A stretch of DNA of 14,025 bases from NCBI GenBank assembly GCA_039815375.1, contig JBCBZJ010000046.1, forward strand, positions 1-14,025, written 5' to 3'. The position numbers and the translations under genes are program-made. Positions 1 through 10,356 of the stretch are shown piece after piece. Origin of the DNA: Verrucomicrobiota bacterium. Lineage in GTDB: Bacteria; Verrucomicrobiota; Verrucomicrobiia; Opitutales; Coraliomargaritaceae. The notes beneath the pieces are model-generated. The model was given only the letters and a program-made list of their open reading frames with translations, was not told where the DNA came from and did not search any database. Positions within the stretch are counted from its first letter, which is position 1. Each line of letters starts with the position of its first letter.

Positions 1-72
1 CAAAGCAATGCATTTAGATTCGAGTTCGAGCTATCATCCGATTCCAAGTTCTACAGAATAAAGCGACATTGA
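1..72 (+). CDS. 3' end of a gene entering from the left; C-terminus ...QSNAFRFEFELSSDSKFYRIKRH*
   Basis: Frame 1 is open from base 1 to TGA at 70-72. The ...KFYRI tail resembles the F-Y-R-hydrophobic C-terminal motif common on verrucomicrobial secreted proteins (recalled, not searched). Only 23 codons are visible. Confidence 0.45.
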   Translation, partial: QSNAFRFEFELSSDSKFYRIKRH

Positions 73-236
73 ATTCGAACCGGCCATCTGAAGTGAACGA
101 TATACAGGCCCCAGACAATGAAAGGCAAAAGATACAGCACTAAAGAGAAGATCCGCATTTTGCGTGCAGCAGAAGGCAGTCCATGGCAGAATGGAACGAC
201 TGTATCGAAAGCTTTAATGCTCGCCTGCGCGAGGAG
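70..236 (+). mobile_element. Internally deleted IS3-family (IS407-like) remnant
   Basis: ATG at 118 gives MKGKRYSTKEKIRILRAAE, a typical IS3 OrfA N-terminus. It is fused directly to GSPWQNG (175-195) and, after a 5-nt frameshifting insert, CIESFNARLREE (201-236), the IS3 OrfB integrase-core motif PGSPWQNGxxESFNxRLRxE. Possible left end TG at 70-71. No right end seen. Confidence 0.8.
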
Positions 237-479
237 TCCAAGAAAGCCCTCGAGGTTAGCTTATTCACTTCCGCCTTTGACTGAGATGATTCGGAAATTC
301 ATCCTGATGAGTCTCTGCGTCTGAACTTTTACGTTCTGGGAAAAATAGATCTAACTTCATTAGACCTTCGAGTGCTTAAGAAAGAAGAAAAATCACTTAA
401 GTTTTCGAGATACATCCTTCTCTTCCTTGGGCTCCTAAATATTGCACTCGCGATACGAATTGCTTACGCTCTTTGGTAA
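237..479 (+). pseudogene. Startless gene fragment with a C-terminal hydrophobic segment and one in-frame TGA
   Basis: Frame 3 reads SKKALEVSLFTSAFD*DDSEIHPDESLRLNFYVLGKIDLTSLDLRVLKKEEKSLKFSRYILLFLGLLNIALAIRIAYALW*, with TGA at 282-284 and TAA at 477-479. The end looks like a basic patch followed by a transmembrane helix. Family not recognised. Confidence 0.4.
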
Positions 480-934
480 AGACACGAGACCTTCCGGATA
501 GCCTGACAGGCTCTATTGCTGGCAGCCTTCTCCAAAGAGTCTTTGAAGGTGGTTCTCTACGAGCAAATATCCGGCTGCAGGAGTCAGAAGCACAGGAGCT
601 TTTACTTTCTTACCAGAGTGCGATTCTTGAGGCGATCCGAGAATTGGAGACCGGCCTTCAAGCCGACCGACAGCTCAAACTCCAGGTAGAAAACAACCTC
701 GCTTCGCTGGAATCACTGCGAGCCGCCGAGAAATTGGCTGAGAAACGTTATCGCGACGGATTGATCGACCTCCGTTCACTGCTCGACACGCAGGAGCGAC
801 GCTACCGTTCGGAACAAACCTGGCTCCGCAGCTATCAGGAACTCTGGAACAATCGCATCACTCTCTACCTTACAGCAGGGGGCGATATTGCTGGTTCTTC
901 GCAAAGTGCAGAACTCACAAACGAGGCCCTTTAG
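473..934 (+). pseudogene. 5'-truncated TolC/NodT-family outer membrane efflux protein (C-terminal third only)
   Basis: SLLQRVFEGGSLRA, AEKRYRDGLIDLRSLLDTQ and ITLYLTAGG match the second OEP repeat and C-terminus of outer membrane factors. Only 153 aa, no signal peptide or lipobox, TTG start overlapping the upstream fragment. Lies 3 nt before the MFP gene. Confidence 0.8.
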
Positions 935-937
935 TTT

Positions 938-2083
938 ATGAAAATTGAGACACTAAAAGCACCCATCCAAATAATTCTGGTCGTTTTCTTTATTTTGGGC
1001 GCACTGATTGCATCGCGACTGATGAAGAGCGAGTATGCCCCCGGGGCACGCAATGCCGGCGAGGAGCGCGCCTTCTTTGCCTCTTTCCAAACGGTAGAGA
1101 ACGCACCTTTTCAAATTGAGCTGCAAACAACCGGAACAATCGTCGCACTGGCGGAAGTCGATATCGTGCCTGAGGTATCCGGCCGGCTCGTTTCAATTTC
1201 GCCGACATTCCTTAAGGGCGGTTCTTTCGCAGCAGACAAGACACTTTTCCAGATTGACCCTCGCGATTTCGAACTAGAAGTCCGTAACCGGAGAGCAGAA
1301 GTTGCCGGGGCAAGAACTTCTCTCGAGCTCGAAAGCGCCGAAGCCAGTGCGGCTCTCGCGGAATGGTCTGATCGCAACGGAAATTTGCCTGCGCCCGATC
1401 TAGTCGCCCGGAGGCCGCAAATCGCCGAAGCTGAGGCGGCATTGGAGGCAGCTTCAGCACGACTGGGCACGGCGGAACTTTCTCTGTTGAGAACACGTTT
1501 TCAACTCCCGGACGAAGGACGCGTGTTGGAAAGCAATTTGACTGAAGGCCAGTTCCTCCAAGCTGGCGTGAGTTACGGACGTGTCTTTTACTCCGGGCAA
1601 CTTGAGGTTGAAACGTCCCTTAAAAGCAACGACTTGAAGTGGTTGTTTTCCGAGCCCAAAACCAAAGTTAAAATCTCTGCGGACTATCTTGGAGAAACCC
1701 TCGAATACGAAGGTATGCTCGAGCGAGGAATAGCTGCAATCGAGTCACAAACTCGTTTTGCAACCGTTCGCTTTGGCTTTTCGAATCCTCCCGAAGAACT
1801 CCTGCCCGGACTATTTGCAAACGTGACTATTTTCGGGCCGAGCCTGAGCAATGTCGCTAAGCTACCTCTCAGTGTGCTGCAACCGGACGGGTCATTGGCC
1901 CGACTCAATGAGGACAACCGGATGCAACGAGTAGAGCCGGAAATCGTTTTTCGAGGAAACGACTATATCGTCGTTGCCGATCTTAAAGACGGCGACCGCA
2001 TCCTGACCAGCCGCCTCGATGGCGTTTCCGAAGGCGTCTTGATTAAACCAGTAGCGGGCACAGATGGAGAGCGGAGCCAATGA
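938..2083 (+). CDS. RND efflux membrane fusion protein (periplasmic adaptor, AcrA/HlyD family)
   Basis: N-terminal TM anchor, lipoyl-half motif IVPEVSGRLV...GGSF...LFQIDPRDFE, Ala/Glu-rich alpha-hairpin, LLPGLFANVTI beta-barrel motif. Its stop overlaps the RND start (ATGA at 2080-2083). Confidence 0.93.
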   Translation: MKIETLKAPIQIILVVFFILGALIASRLMKSEYAPGARNAGEERAFFASFQTVENAPFQIELQTTGTIVALAEVDIVPEVSGRLVSISPTFLKGGSFAADKTLFQIDPRDFELEVRNRRAEVAGARTSLELESAEASAALAEWSDRNGNLPAPDLVARRPQIAEAEAALEAASARLGTAELSLLRTRFQLPDEGRVLESNLTEGQFLQAGVSYGRVFYSGQLEVETSLKSNDLKWLFSEPKTKVKISADYLGETLEYEGMLERGIAAIESQTRFATVRFGFSNPPEELLPGLFANVTIFGPSLSNVAKLPLSVLQPDGSLARLNEDNRMQRVEPEIVFRGNDYIVVADLKDGDRILTSRLDGVSEGVLIKPVAGTDGERSQ

Positions 2084-5000
2084 CCGACTTTAGACACGAC
2101 CAGCCCATACAGCCAGAACGCGGGATCATCGCATGGTTTGGAGAAAACCATGTTGCGGCAAATATCCTGATGCTTTTCCTCATCATTGGAGGCATCCTTA
2201 GTATCGCGGCCATGCGTTCGGAGACCTTCCCGTCGATAGACCCGAAACAAATCAACATCACAGTTCCCTACCCAGGAGCCACCCCTTCGGAAGTCGCTGA
2301 CTCAATCACAAGTCGTGTTGAAGAATCGCTTCAGGGAATTGACGGAGTAAAGAGAGTCACTTCGACCGCGTCTGAAGGCATCGGGGTCGTCAGTGTCGAA
2401 TTGGAGGACTTTGCCGACGGAGAACAAGTCTACAACGATGTCGAAACAGCGGTAAACGGTCTTTCTGCCTTCCCTCCGGAAGATGCAGAGCGCCCGACCA
2501 TCAGTCGGCTCCGGGCAACTCCGAATGTCCTCACCCTAGCGATCTATGGAGATGTAGATGAACACGGGCTTAGATACTGGTCGGATTTTATTGACGACGA
2601 ATTGAAGGGAATCGACGGCGTTGCGCTAACCTCTATCCGAGGCATTCGGGACTACGAAATTTCGATTGAGGTCTCGGAGAAAAAGCTTCGGGAACATAAT
2701 CTCCGATTCGACGAAGTGGCCAACACGGTCACCCGCTTCTCCTCCGACATTCCTGCAGGAACCCTCGAGTCGCCTCAAGGTGAAATCCGACTTCGGGTTG
2801 AAGAACGCCGCTACACAGGTCCCGAGTTCGAAGCGATCGCACTTCGCACCCTCCCCGATGGCTCCATCCTACGGCTTGGAGAGGTAGCTCAGGTCGTTGA
2901 TGGCTTTGAAGACGTTAATCTAGCAAGCCGTTTCAAGGGAAAGCCTGCTGCCTTTATCGAGGTGCGGCGCAGTGAAAATGAGGACACAATTAAGGTTTCT
3001 GAATTAGTTAAAGACTACCTCGAAACCCTCTCGTTACCGGCAGGCCTATCGCTGGAAATTTCTTCCGATGAAACGGTCGTGCTTCGGGATCGTATCAGTC
3101 TCATGCTGCGCAACGCGGTTCTCGGTTTTGCACTCGTTTTTATCATCCTATTGTTGTTCCTCGATCTGAAACTTGCCGTCTGGACGAGTGCGGCGATACC
3201 TATCTCCTTTCTTGGTGGAACCATGATCCTGCACTTCATGGGCTACAGCCTCAACATGATCTCGCTCTTTGCCTTGATTGTCGTTTTGGGGATCGTCGTT
3301 GACGACGGCATCGTAACCGGCGAAAGCATCTTCGAGGAACAATCGAAAAGACCCGGAGACAAATCGGCAACCTTGCGCGGCGTTCGCGCTGTGCTTGCTC
3401 CCGTCACCGTCGGCGTCACAACTACGATGGCCGCGTTCGCACCGCTGCTCTTTAGCACCGGAACACTCGGGCAGATCATCGGCGTAATCCCGGCCGTTGT
3501 CATACCCATACTCTTCGTCTCTCTCATTGAAGCCTACTTCATCCTTCCAGCGCATTTGTCCTCACCAAAACGCTGGAGCCGCGGAATACTGGCATCCCTT
3601 CGAAACTTCGTCGCTGAAAGGCTTGAGCGCTTCACCGACACCGTAATCGACCCAGTCATTCGGTTTACCGTGAGCTGGAGATATGCCACCATTGCATGTT
3701 TTTTTGCAGTAGCGATCTTAACCATCAGTCTGGTAACTAACGGCCATGTGCGATTCATCTTTTTCCCTGCAATTGAGAGCGATCAGATCGGAATCTCGCT
3801 GCAGATGCCGGTTGGCACCCCCTTTCAAACTACCGTAGAAACGGTTGAAAAGATCGAAGAAGCTATTGCCGAAGTTCAGGCGGAAATCGATACAGAGCGT
3901 GGGCAAAGCCCTTTTGAAAGCGTCTCCGTGACATTAGGCAGCCAATCAAATTCGGATGGAGGGGCTCCCGGAATTACCGGGTCGGATGATACCGGCAGCA
4001 ATCTAGCCGGGATTACCATCCGGCTTCTTCCTTCAGATTTTCGCAACGTCAGCTCAAAACAAATCGAAAACATGATTCGGGACCGCACGGAAACTCTTCC
4101 AGGAATAGAAGAGTTGACTTTCACCAGCTCGCTTGCCGGCAGCGAGCCGGATATCGAAATTGACCTCGCCCATCCCAATGAGTCTGTCCTAATTCAAGCC
4201 GCTAAGACACTGGAGGACAAGCTCACACAACTGAAAGGCACGACCAATATCTCCAACAGTTTTAAAAGTGGAAAGAAAGAGATCTTGTTTGAATTGAGCG
4301 AGGAAGGATATGCAGTCGGACTAACACCCGAGGATCTTGGGCGAGATCTTCGTTCCGGTTTTTTCGGATTTGAAGCACAACGCATTCAACGTGGGACGTC
4401 TGAGGTAATCGTTTACATCCGCTACCCGAAGAGTGATCGCGAAAGCCTAACATCACTGGATGATACTCGAATTCGGCTCGGCAATGGAACGGAAGTGCCT
4501 TTAAGCAGCGTGACCCGCCAGGTAGAGCAAATCGGTTTCTCCCAGATTGAATCCGTTGACGGGCGTCGTGTCGTCACACTGTTGGCCGATGCAGATACAA
4601 GAATCACAACACCAAACGAAATTCTCGGAGTCCTTGAAACGGATGTCCTCCCCGATATCCTTCTACAATTTCCGGGACTTAGCTATAATTTTTCCGGAGA
4701 GACGCGTGACCAGCGGGACGATCTCGCTAGCCTTGGAAGTAACATGCTGATCGCCATTCTGATCATTTATATAATCCTCGGTGGGCAACTGCGAAGCTAC
4801 GTTCAACCGCTTATCATTATGGCTGCCGTGCCATTCGGTGTTGCCGGAGCAATTCTCGGCCACTTCTTCCTCGGTTACGACCTCACTTTCATTTCGCTCT
4901 TCGGTATGGTCGCGCTGACCGGAGTTGTGGTAAATGACTCAGTCGTTCTGATGGACTTTCTAAATACGAAACGGCTTGAGGGGGCGACAATCGTCGAGAG

Positions 5001-5238
5001 CGCGGTTTTGGCGGTTCGACGTCGATTTCGACCCATTCTGCTAACAACGCTTAGCACCTGCCTCGGACTGCTTCCCATGCTGCTCGAAACCAGCATGCAA
5101 GCACGCTTTTTGATCCCAATGGTCGTTTCACTCGCAACCGGAATCCTCTTTGTCACACCTATCGTTCTCATTCTCGTGCCTTCGGTCGTGGTCGCTTATG
5201 AAGATCTGAAAAGGATCGGAGCGCGCCTCTTCATATAA
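2080..5238 (+). CDS. RND efflux permease, AcrB/AcrD/AcrF family
   Basis: 1052 aa with NHVAANILM TM1, YPGATPSEV, TM4 proton-relay GIVVDDGIV, TM10 GVVVNDSVVL and TM11 RRRFRPILLTT; two large periplasmic loops. Confidence 0.96.
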   Translation: MTDFRHDQPIQPERGIIAWFGENHVAANILMLFLIIGGILSIAAMRSETFPSIDPKQINITVPYPGATPSEVADSITSRVEESLQGIDGVKRVTSTASEGIGVVSVELEDFADGEQVYNDVETAVNGLSAFPPEDAERPTISRLRATPNVLTLAIYGDVDEHGLRYWSDFIDDELKGIDGVALTSIRGIRDYEISIEVSEKKLREHNLRFDEVANTVTRFSSDIPAGTLESPQGEIRLRVEERRYTGPEFEAIALRTLPDGSILRLGEVAQVVDGFEDVNLASRFKGKPAAFIEVRRSENEDTIKVSELVKDYLETLSLPAGLSLEISSDETVVLRDRISLMLRNAVLGFALVFIILLLFLDLKLAVWTSAAIPISFLGGTMILHFMGYSLNMISLFALIVVLGIVVDDGIVTGESIFEEQSKRPGDKSATLRGVRAVLAPVTVGVTTTMAAFAPLLFSTGTLGQIIGVIPAVVIPILFVSLIEAYFILPAHLSSPKRWSRGILASLRNFVAERLERFTDTVIDPVIRFTVSWRYATIACFFAVAILTISLVTNGHVRFIFFPAIESDQIGISLQMPVGTPFQTTVETVEKIEEAIAEVQAEIDTERGQSPFESVSVTLGSQSNSDGGAPGITGSDDTGSNLAGITIRLLPSDFRNVSSKQIENMIRDRTETLPGIEELTFTSSLAGSEPDIEIDLAHPNESVLIQAAKTLEDKLTQLKGTTNISNSFKSGKKEILFELSEEGYAVGLTPEDLGRDLRSGFFGFEAQRIQRGTSEVIVYIRYPKSDRESLTSLDDTRIRLGNGTEVPLSSVTRQVEQIGFSQIESVDGRRVVTLLADADTRITTPNEILGVLETDVLPDILLQFPGLSYNFSGETRDQRDDLASLGSNMLIAILIIYIILGGQLRSYVQPLIIMAAVPFGVAGAILGHFFLGYDLTFISLFGMVALTGVVVNDSVVLMDFLNTKRLEGATIVESAVLAVRRRFRPILLTTLSTCLGLLPMLLETSMQARFLIPMVVSLATGILFVTPIVLILVPSVVVAYEDLKRIGARLFI

Positions 5239-5302
5239 AAGATATAGAGGTCTTGATAGCCCGCAGCCTTGCCAATTTCATTTTAACCGCCCTGACTCGG
5301 GA

Positions 5303-7312
5303 ATGCGTTTTTCGATTCTTTTCCCGCTTGCTGTTCTTACATGTAAGGTAGTTGCGGACGAGGTCTACCAGCTCGACCCTTTCGTAGTCGTAGCGGAACA
5401 CAGAAATATTCTTCGAGCGACTTCAAACGGTTTCACTCCGTCGAAGGAGCCCTTTGCTTTCGATATAGCCGAACTCTTAGCCGAAGATCCGAGCTTCGCA
5501 ATTTACCGTCGCGAGGGTGCCCGTCAGGCAAACCCTACCGCCCAGGGCGTCAGCCTGGGAAATACGGGAGCAACCGCCACTTCACGGACACTTGTCCTCC
5601 GTAACGGAGTGCCGCAGAATGATCCATTCGGTGGATGGATCTACTGGACTAGGCTTCCCAGACAAAGCATCCGCTCAATAGAGTTTCTCACGCCGGGACA
5701 AGGTCTCGCCTGGGGTTCAGGTAGCACAGGCGGAGTCATTCTGATGGAAGACCTTTCACCCTTCGAGGCAGAAGGTCGCGTCGATCTTGAAATCGGTGAT
5801 CCGGCAAGTTTCTCGGCTTACGTGCAACAAAACCATGTTGATAACAATCTCGCTGTTTTGATCGAAGCCTACGGTTCCAGCTATGATGGCTTCAAACGCG
5901 TCCACCCTTCGGACCGTGGACCCATTGATACGGAAGCCGAAATGGAAAATATCGGTGCCCGGCTCGCACTTGAATTGAAGCGGAGCAATGGACGTTGGCT
6001 ATTTGAGGGAAGCGGCTACAGCGAGGAGCGTGGCAATGGACTACCCGAGGCAGAAAATTCGACCGATGCATGGGACCTATCTGCACAAAGGCGATTTGAG
6101 TTCGCCGACTGGGCCGCAACCGCTCTCGCTTATGGACAGTATCGTGAATTTGAAAATACCTTCTCAGCAACTGACGCAGACCGCACGAGTGACCGTGTCG
6201 TGCTCGATCAATTCTCGGTCCCGGCATGGAGTGCCGGAGGTGCTTTCACTTTAGCCGGAACGCTTAGTGAGAACAGCGAATTCTTCGGCGGTCTGGATAT
6301 GCGATGGATTGAGGGCGAGACAAACGAACGTTTCTTCAACGACGGGACGATCTTCAGACGTCAGCGTGAAGGCGGCGGTGAACAGATTTTGTTCGGAGCC
6401 TTCGCTGGATGGTGGTGGACTTGGGACAACTTCGATATCGAGGTGAGCGGAAGGTTCGACTACTGGCAGCTCTACAACGGTCGACTGATCGTGGAGGACC
6501 TGACGGGCGGCCCAGCTGGTAGCCGCGAGGACTTTGCTGATCGAGACGATCTCGAACCATCCGCACAAATCGCCTTTGGCTGGGAACCACATCAAAATTG
6601 GCGCTTTGAACTGGCAGCGGCACAGAACTTCCGCCTTCCGACAATCAACGAGCTCTATAGACCTTTCCGTATTGGCAATGATACAACCCTTGCAAATGCT
6701 GAACTCGATCCTGAGCGTTTCTTGTCCCTGCGCACGTCGGTAAACTATTTGCCGGAGGATAGTCGCCTAAGACTTAACGCAACGATCACCTACTATTCGA
6801 TCAAGGATGCTGTGGCCAACGTCACTCTCGATCCTGATCCATCCGGTGCACTCGCGCAGCGACTCAACGTGCCGGATGCCGAGGTCTTCGGAGTCGAATT
6901 GGGCGCTGACTACATGCTTTCAGAGGCACTCGCACTCAGCCTTCGCTACGCCTACAGCCAAGCGCAATTTGATAGTAGTACGGGTGGAGTCGATATCGAC
7001 GGAAATGATTTCCCACTTGCGCCCGAAAATCGCGTGACCGGAAGTCTTAGCTATACCCGGGGCAGTTGGCTCGCCGAGCTGCAGAGTCGCTACGAAAGCG
7101 AATCCTTCGACGACACCAATAATAATCGCGAAATCCCCGATGCCTTTACACTCGACGCTGGACTACAATATCAAATCAACAACCGAACGACATTCCGCAT
7201 ACGCGCCGAGAACCTCTTGGCTGCAACGATTGTTAGTGCCGAACAAGCCAGCGGCATTCGCTTCATTGCTCCCGGTCGAAGCATCTACCTCGGAATAACC
7301 CGAGAAATTTAA
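5303..7312 (+). CDS. TonB-dependent outer membrane receptor, substrate unknown
   Basis: Signal peptide, TonB-box-like DPFVVVA, plug motifs RTLVLRNGVPQNDPFGG and WGSGSTGGVI, barrel motifs FRLPTINELY, NAELDPE, RAENLL and C-terminal PGRSIYLGI. Confidence 0.93.
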   Translation: MRFSILFPLAVLTCKVVADEVYQLDPFVVVAEHRNILRATSNGFTPSKEPFAFDIAELLAEDPSFAIYRREGARQANPTAQGVSLGNTGATATSRTLVLRNGVPQNDPFGGWIYWTRLPRQSIRSIEFLTPGQGLAWGSGSTGGVILMEDLSPFEAEGRVDLEIGDPASFSAYVQQNHVDNNLAVLIEAYGSSYDGFKRVHPSDRGPIDTEAEMENIGARLALELKRSNGRWLFEGSGYSEERGNGLPEAENSTDAWDLSAQRRFEFADWAATALAYGQYREFENTFSATDADRTSDRVVLDQFSVPAWSAGGAFTLAGTLSENSEFFGGLDMRWIEGETNERFFNDGTIFRRQREGGGEQILFGAFAGWWWTWDNFDIEVSGRFDYWQLYNGRLIVEDLTGGPAGSREDFADRDDLEPSAQIAFGWEPHQNWRFELAAAQNFRLPTINELYRPFRIGNDTTLANAELDPERFLSLRTSVNYLPEDSRLRLNATITYYSIKDAVANVTLDPDPSGALAQRLNVPDAEVFGVELGADYMLSEALALSLRYAYSQAQFDSSTGGVDIDGNDFPLAPENRVTGSLSYTRGSWLAELQSRYESESFDDTNNNREIPDAFTLDAGLQYQINNRTTFRIRAENLLAATIVSAEQASGIRFIAPGRSIYLGITREI

Positions 7313-7488
7313 GCGTTCACAAACAAGTACATTCTGCCGACTGCGAGATCGGACCCGAAGAAGGGTTCCCAGCAACTAAGGGGCGGTCGCCTGAACTTTT
7401 ACAAAATCTCGGCTGAAAGAGATTGCACACCGCACAAGTCGTTGGCATCCAAAGGGGCTTCCGTGTCCACATCACATAATCACTGACA

Positions 7489-8676
<1,188 letters not shown>

Positions 8677-8708
8677 GCCTTCGAAAAGAATTCTAAAAAC
8701 CATATCCA

Positions 8709-9593
8709 ATGAGTATTCTCGTTAACAAAGACACGCGCCTCGTCGTTCAGGGGATTACCGGTAAGACCGGAACGTTCCATACGCAGCAATGCATAGAATA
8801 CGGCACGAATGTAGTCGCTGGCGTTACACCCGGTAAAGGCGGTCAGCTCTGGGAAGAAAAAGTCCCGGTCTGCAACACAGTCAAAGAAGCCGTCGACGAA
8901 TACGGTGCCAACGTCTCCGTCATCTATGTGCCACCTCCGTTCGCAGCCGACTCCATCCTCGAGGCCATCGAGGCGGAGATCCCTCTCGTGATCTGTATCA
9001 CCGAGGGCGTGCCCGTTCGCGACATGGCGGAAGTTCGCCGGCGTCTCTACTTCCACCAAACAGAAACGCGCCTCATCGGTCCAAACTGCCCCGGCATTAT
9101 TACACCCGGCGAATGTAAGATCGGCATTATGCCCGGCTATATTCACAAGCCTGGACGCGTTGGTGTCGTCTCCCGCTCTGGCACGCTTACTTATGAGGCG
9201 GTGTGGCAGCTTACGCAAAAGGGCCACGGTCAGTCCACTTGTATCGGTATCGGCGGTGATCCCATCAATGGCACCTCCCAGACTGATGCGATCCGTATGT
9301 TTAATGAAGACCCGGATACCGACGCTATTATCATGATCGGTGAGATCGGAGGCAACGCGGAAGAAGAAGCCTGCGCTTACATCAAAGAACATGTCAGCAA
9401 ACCTGTCGCCGGTTTTATCGCAGGTGCCTCTGCACCAAAAGGTCGCACTATGGGCCACGCTGGAGCAATCGTTTCCGCATCCGGCGCCGGCACCGCCGAA
9501 GCGAAGTTCGCAGCAATGGAAGACGCTGGCGTTTCCATCGCTCGGAACCCATCTGAAATTGCCGACGCACTGCTTCGCATCTACAAAGGATAA
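8709..9593 (+). CDS. sucD: Succinyl-CoA synthetase alpha subunit
   Basis: MSILV...[36 protein letters not shown] and the phospho-His motif MGHAGA; directly downstream of sucC. Confidence 0.99.
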   Translation: MSILVNKDTRLVVQGITGKTGTFHTQQCIEYGTNVVAGVTPGKGGQLWEEKVPVCNTVKEAVDEYGANVSVIYVPPPFAADSILEAIEAEIPLVICITEGVPVRDMAEVRRRLYFHQTETRLIGPNCPGIITPGECKIGIMPGYIHKPGRVGVVSRSGTLTYEAVWQLTQKGHGQSTCIGIGGDPINGTSQTDAIRMFNEDPDTDAIIMIGEIGGNAEEEACAYIKEHVSKPVAGFIAGASAPKGRTMGHAGAIVSASGAGTAEAKFAAMEDAGVSIARNPSEIADALLRIYKG

Positions 9594-9611
9594 AGACTCA
9601 CCTGCGAATCA

Positions 9612-9650
9612 CACGAATCTACTTGTAATTGGATTTTGTGTAGATTCGTG
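9612..9650. repeat. Perfect 11-bp inverted repeat CACGAATCTAC / GTAGATTCGTG downstream of sucD
   Basis: Arms at 9612-9622 and 9640-9650 with a 17-nt loop; outer GAATC (9606-9610) / GATTC (9656-9660) can extend it. No poly-U tail. Confidence 0.75.
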
Positions 9651-10310
9651 GGCTCGATTCACAACAACTCGTTTCAAGTCTGCCCGTTGTGCTACAGCCC
9701 GGGCAGATTTTTTTATGCCGATCAAAAACGCGGCTGGGACTACCACCATTGCCCCAGGTCTGATTTAGTCTGGAAAGATGCTGCACATTTGCCCTCTCAG
9801 GACGAGGAACGGGAACACTACGGCACCCATCAAAACAATCCAACAGACTCAGGTTACCGAGCTTTCCTGTGTCGACTCTGGGAACCACTCAGCAAGAGGC
9901 TCAGCTACGACGCGGCTGGACTTGATTACGGGTCCGGCCCTGGCCCTACCCTTCATTTGATAGCACAAGAAAGTGGTTTCGAGTGCACTCATTACGACCC
10001 CTTTTTTCACCCAGATACCGCAGCCCTTGAAAAGAGATACGACTTCATAACATGTTCAGAAACCGCCGAGCATTTTCACAAACCAGCCGTCGAATTCAAA
10101 CGGCTGTATTCACTCCTCAAGCCGGACGGATTACTCGGTATCATGACCTCGATGCGCAACGAGAACAACGACTTTGCCTCATGGCACTATCGCTACGACC
10201 CCACTCATGTTGCCTTCTATAGCAAGCGCTGCTTTGAATTTATCGGAGAACAATTTAAATTCAATTCGGTCGATTTCCCTGCCAGGAACGTTGTTATCCT
10301 AAAGCGTTGA
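9636..10310 (+). CDS. Class I SAM-dependent methyltransferase with N-terminal zinc-ribbon-like segment (Methyltransf_23-like); true start may be GTG at 9648
   Basis: CPLC...HCPRS, HYGTHQNNPTDSGYRAFL, motif I LDYGSGPGP, YDPFF, YDFITCSETAEHF, LKPDGLL, WHYRYDPTHVAFY. Confidence 0.9.
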   Translation: MCRFVGSIHNNSFQVCPLCYSPGRFFYADQKRGWDYHHCPRSDLVWKDAAHLPSQDEEREHYGTHQNNPTDSGYRAFLCRLWEPLSKRLSYDAAGLDYGSGPGPTLHLIAQESGFECTHYDPFFHPDTAALEKRYDFITCSETAEHFHKPAVEFKRLYSLLKPDGLLGIMTSMRNENNDFASWHYRYDPTHVAFYSKRCFEFIGEQFKFNSVDFPARNVVILKR

Positions 10311-10323
10311 GCCCATCTGCGAA

Positions 10324-10356
10324 TGAGTAGGCTTAACTAAAGACCTGCTTTCTAAG
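10324..10356 (+). repeat. Copy 1 of a degenerate approx. 33-bp direct repeat (core AAAGACCTGYTTTCT)
   Basis: TGAGTAGGCTTAACTAAAGACCTGCTTTCTAAG aligns with 11938-11969 at 26/33 positions (one gap, six transitions), aligned by eye. Confidence 0.55.

Noticed and set aside
118..324. 68-aa ORF as a genuine protein
   Set aside because: Chimera of IS3 OrfA and OrfB pieces followed by out-of-frame sequence.
304..326. CTGATGA hammerhead core
   Set aside because: No stem II closed by GAAA follows it.
990..7375. Many short overlapping ORFs inside the MFP, RND and TonB receptor genes
   Set aside because: Almost entirely nested in well-supported genes, with no family signatures.
7443..7459. Sigma54 promoter (TGGCA...GC) upstream of sucC
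   Set aside because: GG-to-GC spacing is 11 rather than 10 and the TTGC element is absent.
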